Of a stretch of 64,000 nucleotides of DNA, positions 12,438-25,691 are shown in pieces (the stretch's first letter is position 1; the number at the start of each line of letters is the position of its first letter). The notes beneath the pieces are model-generated. The model made no database searches. It was not told where the DNA came from and saw only the letters and a list, made by a program, of their open reading frames with translations. This stretch comes from Vicugna vicugna (Eukaryota). The position numbers and the translations under genes were made by a program. The DNA lies in NCBI GenBank assembly GCA_013265495.1, contig MU057416.1, forward strand, positions 986,545-1,050,544, in the 5' to 3' direction.

Positions 12438-13411
12438 AAAAACACATGATGTAAAATGGTGAAAGAACAAACAATTTCATAACCTGCAAGACACAACTCT
12501 TTCATTAAAAGAATGTAATTCTCAGATTAGGTTTAAAAAAGCAAAACTCAACGACTTTCGGCCTAATTAAAATAAGAGACAGGTGGGATCCAGGCAAGGT
12601 GAGGGGCGTGAGTCTGGTTCAAGGCTTGAAGCCTGAGTCTGGGGTGAAGCCCTCATGACCCCCATGAGTCAGGCACTGGCTCGGGGACTAGGTGGCCATC
12701 CTCCCACAATTACCGGCTGGAAGGACGGGTGGAGGCAGCCGTGACATCCTTTGACCCAGGCAGGAGAGCGAAGAGAGGGAGGTGTGAAAGGTCACAGTGC
12801 CAGTAGCCATCGCAGACCAGAACACTAGACACAGACACAGACACCACTGGGCAAATTAAAGGTTTTCTGATCAAGACGACTTAGAAGGAAGTCAAGAGAC
12901 TCAACATTTAAGTTAGAAGCGTAATTTTCTAAATCCTTCAAATCCTAAATCCTCTAAATCCTCCTGCCTCATCAGAAAGGCACCACCACAAATGGTAAGT
13001 CTAAGGGAGTGAGGGTCCCATCCGACATTCTGGAAGCCTGGTCATCCCCGTGCCAAGCTCGGCCTCTTACACGAGGTTATAGGACGTGAAGCTTCTCACG
13101 TTTGACCATCTTTTACCCACACTGTCTTGACACTTGACGTATGAGGCGGGAGCAGACCGTCACAGCGGCAAACGGGATGTGCTGGAGGCCACCGCAGCTA
13201 AGCAGAGGGGCCCAGCCGGCCAGCGGGTTCACCGTTCAGCGTCCTAGAGCGGGAGATACACACTACAGCACCACCACGTGTCACAGACCTCGCTTATCAC
13301 ACTCAGTCCCTCGCGGCCTGAGAGGCTGATCCAAGTGTTTCCCTGCTTAATTAGGACAACGTTCAGATACTCAGTTGTCTTGGAACGACTCAACAATACC
13401 TAGTGTTAAAT

Positions 13412-13722
13412 GAACATATTATTTACGAAACAGAAACAGACTCACAGACAGAGAGAACAAACTTATAGTTACCAGGGGGGAAAGGGGTGGGAAGGGATAA
13501 ACTGGGGGTTTAGAATTTGCAGATACACACTACTACATATGAAATAGATTAAAAAAACAAGGTCCTACTGTTCAGCACAGTGAACTATAGTCAATATCTT
13601 ATAATAACCTACAATGAAAAAGAATATGAAAACGAACGTATGTATGTATCTGTAGGACTGAATCACTATGCTCTACACCAGAAATTGACACAACATTGTA
13701 AACTGACTACTTCAATAAAAAA
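13412..13722 (+). mobile_element. L1 3' UTR fragment
   Basis: aaacagaaacagactcacagac...accagggggg...gtaaactgactacttcaataaa. Confidence 0.9.
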
Positions 13723-14460
13723 GGATGCAAATTTAAAAGAAGAATCTAGTATTACGGAAATTTTTGACAAAAGTGAAAAAAAGATGTACAGGCATAAAAT
13801 TACAATTTAGTGTAAGTAATAGAGAGTATTTGCATAGAAAAGGGAAGTAACAGAAAGGCACTGGGGTGTCGTAACATAACAAGTGAATTATATTTTCCCC
13901 TTTATTGTTTCTGGTATTTACAAATTATTGTAACTATTGCATATTAATTTTATAATCCTGAAAAAGCAATACCTTTAAAAAAATCATCCCCATAGTAATG
14001 TGGAAAGGGCTGCAGAGGGTCAAGGAGCCCACTTAGAGGGCTTGCAGTTGCCGAGACAAGAGGTGATAAGGTCCTGGACAGAAGAGAAGGATTTAGGCGG
14101 GCTTATTGCATGTCGAAGGTGAATACAAGATTTTTGGCTGGGGCCACTGGGTAAACAGCAAGAACATTAATTAGGAGAATATATGTCATTGAAAAGGAGG
14201 GTCCCAAGAAAATGATGCTTTCTTTCTGACGTATGTTTTCGGCATCTTGAGATATGCAGGTGGAGATGCTGAGTAAACGTGTTAAGGAAGAGAAACAGGG
14301 AGAGGAGGGGGGGGCGGGAGTGGGAAGACAGATTTGGGTCAGGAGATTAAGACTCAGATTTGGGCTGGAGATGCTGCTTGGGAGCGGCAGCACCTAAACA
14401 GTCCCTGACCCCGTGCAGGTCGATGTAGACCTCGTGGAAAGTGTGACTGTTCATCCTTCT

Positions 14461-14672
14461 TGAGGTTTCTCAGTCTGGGTGTGAGTGACATTTGGGGCTG
14501 GATCATTACTTTGCGGGATGTGTCCTGCACGTGGCAGGACAGTGAGCAACATCCCTGGCCTCGGGGGGCCGGGAGCCCCACCCTCCCCCCTCGGCTGTGA
14601 CCACTGAGTCTGTCCGTGGCTGCAGCCAAACATCCCCCGGGGGCAAAACACTTCCAGGGAGAAGGCTGGTCA
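14461..14672. mobile_element. MER20-like hAT DNA transposon relic
   Basis: gtttctcagtctgggtgtgagtgacatttggggctggatcatt...tgtcctgcacgtggcaggacagtgagcaacatccctggcctc...gccaaacatcccccgggggcaaaa matches the recalled MER20 consensus. Confidence 0.8.
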
Positions 14673-16158
14673 ATGTATCGCAGCAAAGAGGCACCACGTC
14701 ATCCGACTCCCCAAGGATCCATGCACTCAGAGGAAGATGCTCTCAGGCAAAGGGGTGCCAGGTACCGTGCTGGAGTCAGAGGGACGGAGACACAGTAAGG
14801 AACAGTGAGGACGCCTGGAAAAGCGCTTCCGTCTCAGCAAACGTGAGATACTCTGGCAGCAAAGCAGAGGAAGCCGTCCCCACAGGAGAGAAAGGCGTCA
14901 AAGAGAAAGTGACCTTCGAGTTGGGTCTTGAAGGACAGGTTTGCACTCCGTGTGGGAAACGGGTGGAGAAAGGCATTCCAAGAGGAGCTGATGCAGAGAG
15001 AGCAGTGAGCTGGGGTCGCGGACGGATGAGCGTGACAAGGCGTCTCCAGCTGGAACAGGTGAACGCTGACGTCGCTCCCCTTGTCCCTCCAGTCAGGCGT
15101 TGGTACCATCTCAGGACCAGGATCTGGGATGAGACGCCTCTTGGTTTGCTCAGTGATGACGCCTGTCTCTCTGGGGAAAACATCCCACTTGCAGGAAACC
15201 TAAGTGAAACGCCTGCTTTACCAAATGTAGCAAAGTGGAGCTGACAGAGCCGGGAGGGAACAGAGCGAGTCTCCACAGCTGCTGCGGCTCCACGTGCTGC
15301 CCAGGGCACCGACACCGACCTCATGGGGGGCCGTTAAAAAGGGGCTTCCATCCCAGTCAATACCTCGGGAGTGGCGGGGCACCTCCCCCGAGTTAGAAAG
15401 GTAACCCCTCAGTGAGACTAATTAGATTTTTTTCCCCAAAACATCCAGCCTATTGATTTGAGAATTGAAACTAGTATTGATGGAGAGTAGTCAGTTATGC
15501 TTAAAGAAGAATTAACTACGGAATTTTTTAAGCTCAGCAAAATATGAAATGTCTGTCATTTTTCCTGCCGTAAGATTTCAATTCTAAAAAATTCACTCGT
15601 AAACTCTCTTAGAAAATCTAGGCTTCCTAAATCAAAGAAATTACACAGTAATTTTGCCAAATGCCTCGAAATTTAACTTGCGCGTCTTGTTATATTGAAA
15701 TGTTTGTTGTTCGTCCCTGAGACAACAATGTTCTCTGTATGACACTTGTTTATGTGGTGGTTTATCATTAAAATCCCCTAATGGCACTGAGATTAGCTGC
15801 GCCTTTACGACGTATGTACTTATTCATTCAGCAAATATTTACTAAATGATGCACAAGGCCATTTGCACATCTGTAAATGCTTCTCAAAGATATTGAAATA
15901 AGAACTAAACAGACTGAGCCCTGCCCACGTGGCAGTCCCTGTGCTGATGATTTCTGTACCTTATCTCATTCAATGCCCACAACTCTCAGTGAAAGTTACT
16001 ACAATTATCTTCATCTTATGAATGAGCTACTAGAGCGTTTAAGGAACTTGCCCAAGAACCCACAGCTAAAACGGTGACTTAGAAACAGACCTACCCATCC
16101 TCACTGCCTTTCTAGACCCTAAGAGTACAGATACCCTGCTCAACACTTCATCCATTTT

Positions 16159-16555
16159 TGTCTTTTTTTTTTTTTAATTGAAGTAGAGTCAGTTACATTG
16201 TGTCAATTTCTGGTGCACAGCACAACGTCCCAGTCACAAATATATATACATATATTCATTTTCATATTCTTTTTCATTAAAGGTTATTACAAGATATTGA
16301 ATATAGCTCCCTGTGCTCTACAGAAGAAATTTGTTTTTTATCTATTTATATATATAGTGGTTAACATTTGCAAAGCTCAAACTCCCAAGTTTATCCCTTC
16401 CTGCCCTCTTTCCCCTGGTAACCGCAAGACTGTTTACTGTGTCTGTGAGTCTGTTTCTGTTTTGTAGATGAGTTCATTAATGTCCTTTTTTTCTTTTTAG
16501 ATTCCACATATGAATGACATCATATGGTATTTTTCTTTCTCTTTCTGGCTGACTT
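16159..16555 (-). mobile_element. L1 3' end
   Basis: Poly-T followed by reverse-complemented L1 3' UTR. 15-bp TSD CACTTCATCCATTTT at 16144-16158 and 16556-16570. Confidence 0.93.
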
Positions 16556-17004
16556 CACTTCATCCATTTTCTTTCCATCTTCCACAGCCCCAAACTGGTC
16601 TCTCTGGTCCTCGTTCCTCCAAGTTCTCAGCCTTCCTTCTTCCTGCCCAAGGTACTGGCAGCCCCGTAGGATTGTTGGGGCTCAGAGAGGGAGGTTCACA
16701 CTCTCAGTCCCTGCCTGGTGGTGGTTAGTCCACATCCAACTCTACTCTTGTCTCTTATGGACTTATTCTTTTACAATACTTGGCCATAAAAGTCACTAAT
16801 CATGTGATCCTATCCTCGTCTCCCTAAGAATCTTGCCCTGTTTTATGCTTTTAAATACTATCTTATGCTACATATTTTCAAAATTTAGATCCCCAGTGCA
16901 GACGTCCCTGAGCTCCAGACTCCTCCTCCAACTGCCGACTTGAAGGGTCCAGGTGCATAGGCATCTTCTAGTGCTCTTCCAAGTCCACATCGTGAGGGTA
17001 AACC

Positions 17005-17200
17005 AGACCGCGTCTCCTAGGCAGGTGTGGCATGTGGCTGTGTTGTATGCAGGCATGCAAGCAGAAGTGATGTGTGCTCCCCCAGTCTCCAGTCCTGGCC
17101 CCCCTGAAACCTCCCATGCCCACTGCCTCATGGTTTTGCTCTCTTCTTCCTGGTAGAACGAAGAGGACCCCAGGGAGACAAAGCCACATGCTGATGGTGA
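17005..17200. mobile_element. ERVL LTR16-like fragment
   Basis: gcagaagtgatgtgtgctcc...tcctggccccctgaaacctcccatgc resembles the LTR16 core. Confidence 0.55.
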
Positions 17201-17349
17201 CAGAGAATCTCTGAAGAACACACAGAAGAGGGCTGCCCTTCTAATCCATCCCCCATATGTTACAGAAGCTAAAAAACTAGTCTTTAAACTAATATATATG
17301 TATTTTTTTGATCTATTTGCTAGTTAGAAAGGCAGTCAGCCTTCCAGAC

Positions 17350-17665
17350 TAACACAGTTTCCTCATCAGCATCTCAGTCTTAACATGATTTCTCTCCAGA
17401 CCTGTCCTCATCCTTAACTTAGAAAATGGTCTTGCCTTCTGTTCTGTCTCGAGCAGAAACCTGGGAGTTACTCTTGATTTCTTCTTTTCTTCATTTTTCA
17501 CATGCAATCCCTCGGCAAGCCACATAAACCCCACCTCTAGACTGCATCGCACACCTGCCCACTCCGCCCGTCTCTACTAGCAGCACCCTGACCCAGACCA
17601 CTGTCTTGTTTACTGCAGTGTGCCCACAGCTTTCTGATTTCTCCCCCTGTCTCCTGCCATTCAGG
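17350..17665 (+). mobile_element. L2 fragment
   Basis: agaaacctgggagttactcttgatttctt...cacatgcaatcc...accctgacccagaccactgtc is L2-like. Confidence 0.65.
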
Positions 17666-18237
17666 GCTGTAAGAGAAGTACTTGAGGAACTGAAAAGAGA
17701 GTACGCATTGCAACCAGTTGAGCAGATCCTAAGAAACCCCCTGAAGGAGATCTGAATGGTGGACAAGGCAGGAGCCCGACGGCGGCGCTGAGGGAAAGGG
17801 AGCCGGACGAGGCGGCACACACGCAGAGAGCAGCAGCGAGCAGCCAACGGGCACTGGGGGTCCCCGAGGACCCTGGTAGCGGGGGCCTCCGCCCTGTAGA
17901 AAGTTTGCCATACTTGGATGTAATTAGAAGCAATTTCTTTGACTTAACATGTTCCTATGAGAGTTATTCTGTCTTACAATGACCAGAGTTCAGCTCCCAA
18001 CCAATCTTTGTGTAAGAACAATTTGGTTTCACTCAGTTGCCGCGCGGACAGGTTCTCGCTCACGGCATTTGGTGACTGCTGCTCTCGCCGGCAGGGAGAT
18101 GCCTGCAGCTGAGAAGGAAGAGGGGCCCTACAGCTGAATGCTTGACTCGAGACAGACGTGCGTTTACCCATGAAGTCTGCTTTAGCCACAAAAAAAAAAA
18201 AAGATGCTTTCTTTGTAACGTGTTTTTTCAAGTAAAT

Positions 18238-18416
18238 GTTTTTCATGGTTTCTCAGTGCAGTTCTTTAAATTTTTAAATTCTGTTTTGTGGTTTATTTTG
18301 GGGGGGGTGATTAGGCATTTATTTATTTATTTATTTTTTAGTGGAGGTGCTGGGAACCAGCCCCAGGACCTTGCGTATGCTAGGCACATGCTCTCCCACT
18401 GAGCTCTGCACCCCAC
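18238..18416 (-). mobile_element. tRNA-Ala-derived SINE (Vic-1-like) with about 60 bp tail
   Basis: Body at about 18300-18415. TSD TTCAAGTAAAT at 18227-18237 and 18417-18427. Confidence 0.88.
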
Positions 18417-20213
18417 TTCAAGTAAATAGTTCTGCATATGACAAGTTTATAAATGGCTAATCTAGAGGGGAGGTAATTGAAAAATAAACGAAGCGAAATA
18501 AAGCAGGTTCACTCACGGTTGAAAGTTTAAAGTCGATTCTTTTCATAAGATAGAAATCACACTCTTGCTTCCCCCTCATCACCAAAGATGGCTCCCTGCT
18601 GTGTTTTCTGAAAGTAAGACATGGCGTCCAGGGGAAAACGCCATTCTAATCACTTTGAGCTTTGTCTTCTTGTAAGACCTATGGGAGAAACCCCGGAAAC
18701 GGACAATTCCTTTATCCTCAGACTCAAGCGAAAGTCCCGAGTTTCCTCTGCTGAGTGCTCAACGCCCGCTTCACTGAGATGTTTAAGCGGGAAGGGGAGT
18801 CTGTAAAGAGGCGTACAGCTGTCAGTGGACGACGGGTGACTGTGGGTGATCTGCGCCGCGGAGCAGAGGAAGCAAAGCTGTGTTCCACGTGCATACCCCT
18901 TCGCACACACACCTTGTGCAGATATGAAGGTATCTGGACAGCCCAGCGTTTCCTAGGCTATGGAGGACCCTGGAGAGCAAGTCCGGTCACACAAATGGCG
19001 AGCAAAAGCAGACAAGATGGTTTCTCTTCAAGCAGTTAAGGAAGGACTGACTCCTTGAGTTTTTCTTGCAAAGAAACCCACAAGCCAGGTAACAGTGCGT
19101 GACCCCTGTGCTCCAAACAGCGCGGTAGAGATTAGAAAAAAAGAGAAAGGGATGGATTTTAAGCTTTTCTGTGGGGTTGAGGGACATGTAAATAGACCGT
19201 CATAGAACTGATTGCGTTGGTCAAGCCAAGTTGAGACCACTTTCAGCGAATTTAAAGGGAAACACCCAACTGAGTATTTTCAGGTCAAAGTATGTTTTTC
19301 CTCAGCTCTAGGGGTGCTGTTCCAGCTCTCCGCTTTACGGCTTCCGAGGGCCGACTGGCTGGAGGCCCGAGCCTGTCACGGCAGCTTCCTGGGGGTGGGT
19401 ATGGGGGAGCGGCACCCCGCTCCGCTGGCGTCAGCACGGCCGTGGCGAAGCTGACGCGTGTGGCGCTGGGGCTGCACCCTGTCCGCTGGGGGCGTGACCT
19501 CGCATCACCACCAGCACCGGCGCAACGACTGGAACAGCCGAGCTACGAAGATCCGTCTTCAGCGCTCAGCACACCGACGGCCACTAATAATTCAGTCACA
19601 GATCAATTTGCCAGCATACCTAGGCTGGGAAAATGACCTGCAATTTTCACAAATGTACAGACATGTAAACACAGACTTATTTCAGAAATAAAGCTTGGTG
19701 CTGTTTTGATTCCAAAAGAAATACACCTTATTTTCTACAAATTTCAACCCCTTTTTATTTCTGAGAATTCTACGTCAGAGTTGGCAAAGACCGACAACTC
19801 GTGCTGAGGACATAACTAGTCTGACTGGAAAAGAGATGGAAACAAAAATAACCAACTTTTTCACCATTAACTAGTTTCGTCATTTACATCTAGGGTTCCC
19901 AGTTTCTTTGATTTTATACCATGCTTCCCCAAAGGCTTCCCCATTAATATTAACATCTTTATGAATCTCATTACTCCGATCTATTCCTTTTCAATTTATT
20001 TAAGGTTGTGTCAATATTAAATTATCTGTCCCTTGTGAGCAACTTCAATAATGCTTAGATGCAAGAGAGTCTTAAACATTACCTAGCAGGCAAATATACA
20101 TGTTATTACTTATAATGCCACCCTCCCTAAAAGAACTAACTAATAATTAGTAAGCATTATATAGAGGAATTCAGAGCCAATCTAAAATGCTACAATAAAA
20201 AGACCACAAGCTG

Positions 20214-20485
20214 GGCTGGGGGGAGGGTGTAGCTCAGTCATAGAGCATGTGCTTAGCAGGCACGAGGTCCTGGGTTCAATCCCCAGCACCTCAAATAAAA
20301 AATAGAAATAAATCAATAATCCTAATTACCTCCCTTCCAAAAAAAAAAAAACTGTACACGTTGAATGGGTGACTTGTTGGTATGTAATTGAACTGTGCAC
20401 TTTGGATGGGTGAATTGTATGGTATGCAAACTGTATCCCAAGAAAGCTGTTATTAAAGAAAACAAAACAAAACAAAACAAACCCC
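20214..20485 (+). mobile_element. tRNA-Ala-derived SINE (Vic-1-like) with a 3' extension of old-L1 sequence
   Basis: Body at about 20218-20338. TSD ACCACAAGCTG at 20203-20213 and 20486-20496. Confidence 0.88.
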
Positions 20486-21109
20486 ACCACAAGCTGTACT
20501 GCAACCGAGCAGCTGCCGCTGCAGCCACGCTGCTTTGCGTTAACCTCAGATGTTCTTGCTCTTTAAAAAAAAAAAATGGTGTGTGGGGGGAGGTGGCGGG
20601 CTGGACAGATGTCTGAAACCACTGCCTGGACCTCTGGAGGATGCAACCAACAAGATTAAGTGAATGTTTGTACTAAACCTTCTATTTTAGGAGACGTCGC
20701 CTTTAGGAAGATGGGGGAGACCCTGTTTTCCTAGTCCTCCCACTAAGTTCAACTACACGTCCTGGACGTTACCTACAAAAGAAACCTAAAACTGAAAGTC
20801 GGAGAGGAGAGGGGGGCAAACCGGCGAGGGGGCTCAGGAGCTGAGTCCCCTGGACCAGCTTCTCCTTGGAGAGCCCAGACTTGCCACAGGAGCCAGCAAC
20901 CTGGAAATGCCAGTGCAGACAGGTCGCCCTCCAAGAACGAAAGAAAACTCTGCTCCCTCCAGCCAAACGATCAGGACATGGTAAGTCCAGCAAGACCGAA
21001 CTAGAAAACAAGCCAAAAAACACCCTTTCAGACCATAACCCCTCTCCTCCAGTCAAACACCACCAGAGAAGCTGCCGTCGCCCCTCCCCGCACCAGCAAA
21101 GGCGGGGGA

Positions 21110-21270
21110 GCGGGGCGTTACTACGGAGGGTCGGGGTGGGAGGTACAAACTGCGAAGCATGAGGTAGGCTCAAGGATGCGTTGTACACACGGGGAACATG
21201 GCCAACAATTTTGCAATAATTTTAAATAGAAAGCAACCTCTAAAATTTGTATAAAAATATATTTTTTAAA
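21110..21270 (+). mobile_element. L1 3' end fragment (different subfamily)
   Basis: gggaggtacaaact...caaggatgcgttgtacacacggggaacatggccaacaattttgcaataa. Confidence 0.65.
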
Positions 21271-21659
21271 CAGGCCAAGTAGGGAGCTTAGATTCCACCT
21301 TCACAAGACTGTACTGAGGGGACCCCAACACGCCCTCAAGCTGGTGTCAGAGAAGACCAAGAAGGGAGCTGGGACATTCAGCTCTACCTGCCAGAAACGA
21401 GCCGAGCTCCCTTGGAGTCAGTGGAGACTGACTATGTCTACTTGGCCGTCAAGCATCCTCCTCTCCTCTGGGGCGGTGTAAATGGAGGGTGAGGACCACT
21501 CTCATCACCCAGGGGTAAGGAGGTCAGCCCCTCCCCCGCCTGAATGTTACCAGAGAAATCCAATTAAAACAGATTTAAATAAGAGCTAGAATATCCAAAT
21601 GTCCAGGTGCCAACAAAAAAGAACCAAGAACCAAGAGGCCTAGAGCTGAATGAAAAATG

Positions 21660-23345
21660 ACATTAGAAAAACATATCAGAAAAGAAAAAAGTCTCAAATA
21701 AATAATCTAAGCTTCCATCTCAAGGCCCTAGAAAAAGGAAGCGCAAAATAAACCCAAAGCAAACAGGAGGGGAAAGCCCACACATAAGAGCAGACATCAG
21801 CGAAACTGAAGACAGGAAAATAACTGAGAAAATTAATGAAACAAAGAGCCTGTTCTTTGAAAAGATTATAAAATTGACAAACTTCTAGCCAAAATAAAAG
21901 AGAGAACAATACTACTATAGATATATATGTGAATCAGTTTTTGTATGTATTTATTTACTTCAGATATATATATGAAATGTATCTAACTTATATATAATAT
22001 GTATATATTCTTTTTCAGACAAATTTCCATTATAGATTATTACAAGATATTGAATACAGTTCCCTGTGCTCTACACTAGGTCCTTACTGTTTATTTATTT
22101 TATGTGTAATAATGTGTTATAATCTATGTATAATCTATTAATCGCAAATTCCTAACTTATCCCTCCCCTCTCGTTCCCCTTTGGTAATCTTAAGTTCGTT
22201 TCCTATTCAAGGACTGTATTCTGAAGGCTACAAAGTACTGGTGAAAGAAATCAAAAAAGATCTACGGAAGTGGAGAAACATACCATGGTACTGGATTTGA
22301 AGACCAAGTATAATAAAGACGTCACGTCTCTCAAAACTGATAACATGGGTTTAACCAAATTCCTGTTGAAAGCCTGGAAAAATTTCTGTTGATACAGATA
22401 ATTTATTCTAAAATTTACATGAAAAAGCAAAAGAACTAGAATAGCCAAAACAATTTTGTAAAAGAAGAATAAAGTGGGAAAAATAAACCCACCTGATTTC
22501 AAGGCTTATTATAAAGTGACAGTAATCAAGGCCGTAAGGTATTGGTGGAGGAATGAGAACATAGATTCACAGAGCAGAAGAGGCCATACACACACACATC
22601 ACATAATTAGACTAAGGAGAAATGCAAATTAAAACCACAATAAGATACCGCTGTGCTTCTCTTAGAATGCCTGAAACAGAAAATAGTGGCAACACCAAAT
22701 GCTAGGTGTCCATGGGAATGTAAAATGGCATCGCCACCCTAGAAAACACTTAGGCGCTAAACATGAAACTACAACAGGAGCCCGAAATTGCACTCTTGGG
22801 CATTAATTGCAGAGAAATGAATACTTATGTTCACACAAAACCAGTGCTATTTATAGCAATCTTTTTTCAAGATAGCAAAAATGCAGAGAAAAATGTCCTC
22901 CATTGGGTGAGTGGTTTAGCACCTGCGGTACGATCAACAGAGCACTGCTCAGCAGTAAACAGGGGGAAGTGCTGACTCACTCAGTAGCCTGGGTGGATCT
23001 CCAGAGAGCTGTGCTGAGTGGGAAAGCCCATCCCACGGGTTACATACTGTACGATTTCTGTTCATATAATAGTCTTGGAGTTGCAAAATGGTAGCCATGG
23101 AGAACAGATAGGTGCTTGCCAGGGGTTAAGCAGGGGAAGGAATGGAAGGGAAACAGATGTGGCTGAAGAGAAGAGAGACTCCTGCGGTGATGAAATGATG
23201 TGCATCTGGACTCCATCCTGGTGGTCCCAGAGTCCTGCACGAGGCTACAATGTGGGAAAACCAGGTAGAGGGTCCAAGGGCTTGCAACAGCATGTGAATC
23301 TCCAATTATCTCAAAACAAAAATTAAAAGTTTAATTTGTAAAAAT
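21660..23345 (+). mobile_element. Old L1M (L1MC-like) ORF2 and 3' UTR relic, interrupted by a younger L1
   Basis: A-rich ORF2-like segments (aaattaatgaaacaaagagcctgttctttgaaaagat; ctaaaatttacatgaaaaagcaaaagaactagaatagccaaaacaatttt; aaatgcaaattaaaaccacaataagatac) with frameshifts and stops. Confidence 0.85.
21925..22206 (-). mobile_element. Younger L1 3' UTR inserted antisense in the old L1M
   Basis: ttattacaagatattgaatacagttccctgtgct...cccctttggtaatc. Confidence 0.85.
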
Positions 23346-23737
23346 CCATTTTAGATACATGTGATGAGTCAGTGCCTGGGGTACACTAAGTACACAGTAG
23401 ATCTTTAAACAGAACTGGACAGTAGTTTGATATGAAACAGCATTTTATTTGTAGAATTTTACCAAATTTCTAGAATGTTAACCATATTGTACTCAGTCTA
23501 CTTTGAATTAAGTAATAGAGACAGATGAATCAGAACAAAACTTGAAATGCCAGCAGTGTCAACAAAGAAAAGCTCTCCCCTTTCAAGTCTTTCTCTCTCC
23601 CCACTTCTCTCCCTCTGTTCCTTCCTTTCACCAACCAGTCCATAAGAAGAGTCATCACTCTTCATTTTAACTGAGACAGATCCATGGTCACAATTTTTAA
23701 ATGAGAGAGATAATATCACTCAAGAATAATGCATTTC

Positions 23738-23932
23738 CACTATATGTAAAAATAGACAAGAATCAAATTTCTTCTGTATAGCACAGGGAACTACAAACAA
23801 TATCTGATAACAACCTTTAATGAAAAAGATTATGAAAATGAATATGTGTATATATATGTATGACTGGGACACTATGCTGTGCACCAGAAATTGGCACACT
23901 GTAACTGACTGTATTTCAATAAAAAATAATTA
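23738..23932 (+). mobile_element. L1 3' UTR fragment
   Basis: ctgtatagcacagggaactac...gtatttcaataaa. TSD AGAATAATGCATTT at about 23723-23736 and 23935-23948. Confidence 0.92.
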
Positions 23933-24521
23933 AGAGAATAATGCATTTAAGATTTACAACTAGGAAAGAATGAAGAAAGGAAATAAGAAAATAGATAAGT
24001 GAAAAAAAGGAGGAGAAGGGAAGGAGAAAAAAATCTTTACTTAGAAACTGCTCTATTCCAGGCACTGTCACAACGTTATCTTATTCTGGGCTCTCTGTGT
24101 CCCTGGGAGGGAGATACTACTGTATCTGCCGTACTGATTAGCAAATCGATGCCCACGGAGAATGAGTCAGCTCCCTCGAAGAAGAAACTCAAGATAGCAA
24201 ATATGAAACAGAAGAAGGGACAGAGAAATCCTGCTGCACTGAATTTCAGAATATTATAAAAAATATTTTAAATTAAATATTAAAAGGCAACTATTTTAAC
24301 GAACCTAAAAGAGATGGAAGGATGTCAGAAAGTGTTTCATTCCTTGGGCTCTCTCACATGGAAACGGGGAGCCAGTGACTGAGCAAGCAGATGTGTCCTG
24401 TGTGAGCAGCTCTGTGATCTTTGTCTTTAAATTCTTTACACTGTCGGCACCATTCTCAGTAGTGATCATTTACCAATCACAACTTTTGCTTTTAAAAGTT
24501 CTTCCTTTCTCAGACATTTTT

Positions 24522-24799
24522 TCCTAATTTCTTTTTTTTTATTATTGAAGTATAATTGATTTACAGTGTTGTGTTAGTTTCAGGTGTACAGCAAAGTGGT
24601 TCAGTTTTACATACATATATTCTTTTTCAGATTCTTTTCCATTATGGGTTATTACAAGATACTGAACAGAGTTCCCTGTGCTGGACAGTAGGACCTTGTT
24701 GTTTATCTGTTCTATGTACAGTAGTAGTGTCTGTGAATCCCAGACTCCTAGCTTACCCCTCCCCCCTCTTTCTCTTTGGTCACTGTAGCTTGTTTTCTA
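24522..24799 (-). mobile_element. L1 3' UTR fragment
   Basis: Reverse-complemented 3' UTR. TSD TTCTCAGACATTTTT at about 24507-24521 and 24800-24814. Confidence 0.92.
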
Positions 24800-25691
24800 T
24801 TCTCAGACATTTTTAACTTCTTATTTTCTTGAACTCGGGATGTTTGGGGCAAAGAGAACATTCCAGGAATAGTCTTCTGTTCTCTTCCTTCTAAACAACC
24901 AAATAAATACAAGAAAAACTGTGTGATAAGTAGGCAGAGGAAATAAACCTTAACCAGCTCTGACCCGCCATCCTGCCCCTCTGTGAATGCTATCTCGGCA
25001 AACATATGTTCTGCTCTTTCATTTTATGCAGTAATAAACACCAGAAGTGCACGTCAGTCAACAACGTACTTGAGGTGAGAAGAAAGCGTGCCTGAAATCC
25101 TTTCATCCACGTGGAAATTGTACAATAATCTGCATTAATCACCTGCGGTACTCCAAATGAAGTGTGTGTCCAAAGAGACTGTTTGAAGCATTTATTGTCA
25201 TTGACCATATGGCTTGTTTTCAGTATCTCCCTGATTATTTCCAACACAAACACAAATGGGAGAGTAAGGGAAGCTTGTTCTCCCAGATTTGAAAGCAGAT
25301 GTCAATTATATTGAAGTGTTCCGTACGGGGCACTAACTTTGCTATTGACTTTGTAACGGAGACAGCCAACCACCGTAATCAGCCATCGACCTCGGTGGTG
25401 TGCACGTTTGCAGTCAGGTGAAGAGAACTTGAATTCCACTCACAGGATACATCACATCAGTACTGCTCTGAACCTGTTCAAGGTGCTACGTGCTATAAAA
25501 AACTCAACGTGAAACTTAATCATAAATAACAAGTCTGGCAATGAATTACCAGAGCTACCACGTTAAAGGGGTGGAACCGTCACGGGAAAGAAAAATTTTA
25601 CGATGTTTGCTCAGGCGATAAAAAGAAATCCTTGTTTTCAAGAGACACCCATTACTTCTGAATCCTTTCATTAAAAATAAGTAAAATTAAT

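Noticed and set aside
12929..12962. Four AAATCCT units (also degenerate CATGAAA-ATTAAA units at 35760-35820)
   Set aside because: Short slippage-type repeats with no spacer structure; not CRISPR-like or otherwise interpretable.
14597..15244. 215-aa ORF
   Set aside because: Starts within MER20-like sequence and crosses L2-like sequence; no protein family features.
17665..17755. Protein-looking terminal exon (AVREVLEELKREYALQPVEQILRNPLKEI*)
   Set aside because: The acceptor lies in L2-derived pyrimidine sequence, there are no supporting upstream exons, and I do not recognise the peptide. BLASTP would settle it.
19481..19497. CTCF-like motif (also 49345-49360)
   Set aside because: Two or more mismatches at core positions; not distinguishable from GC-rich background without scoring.
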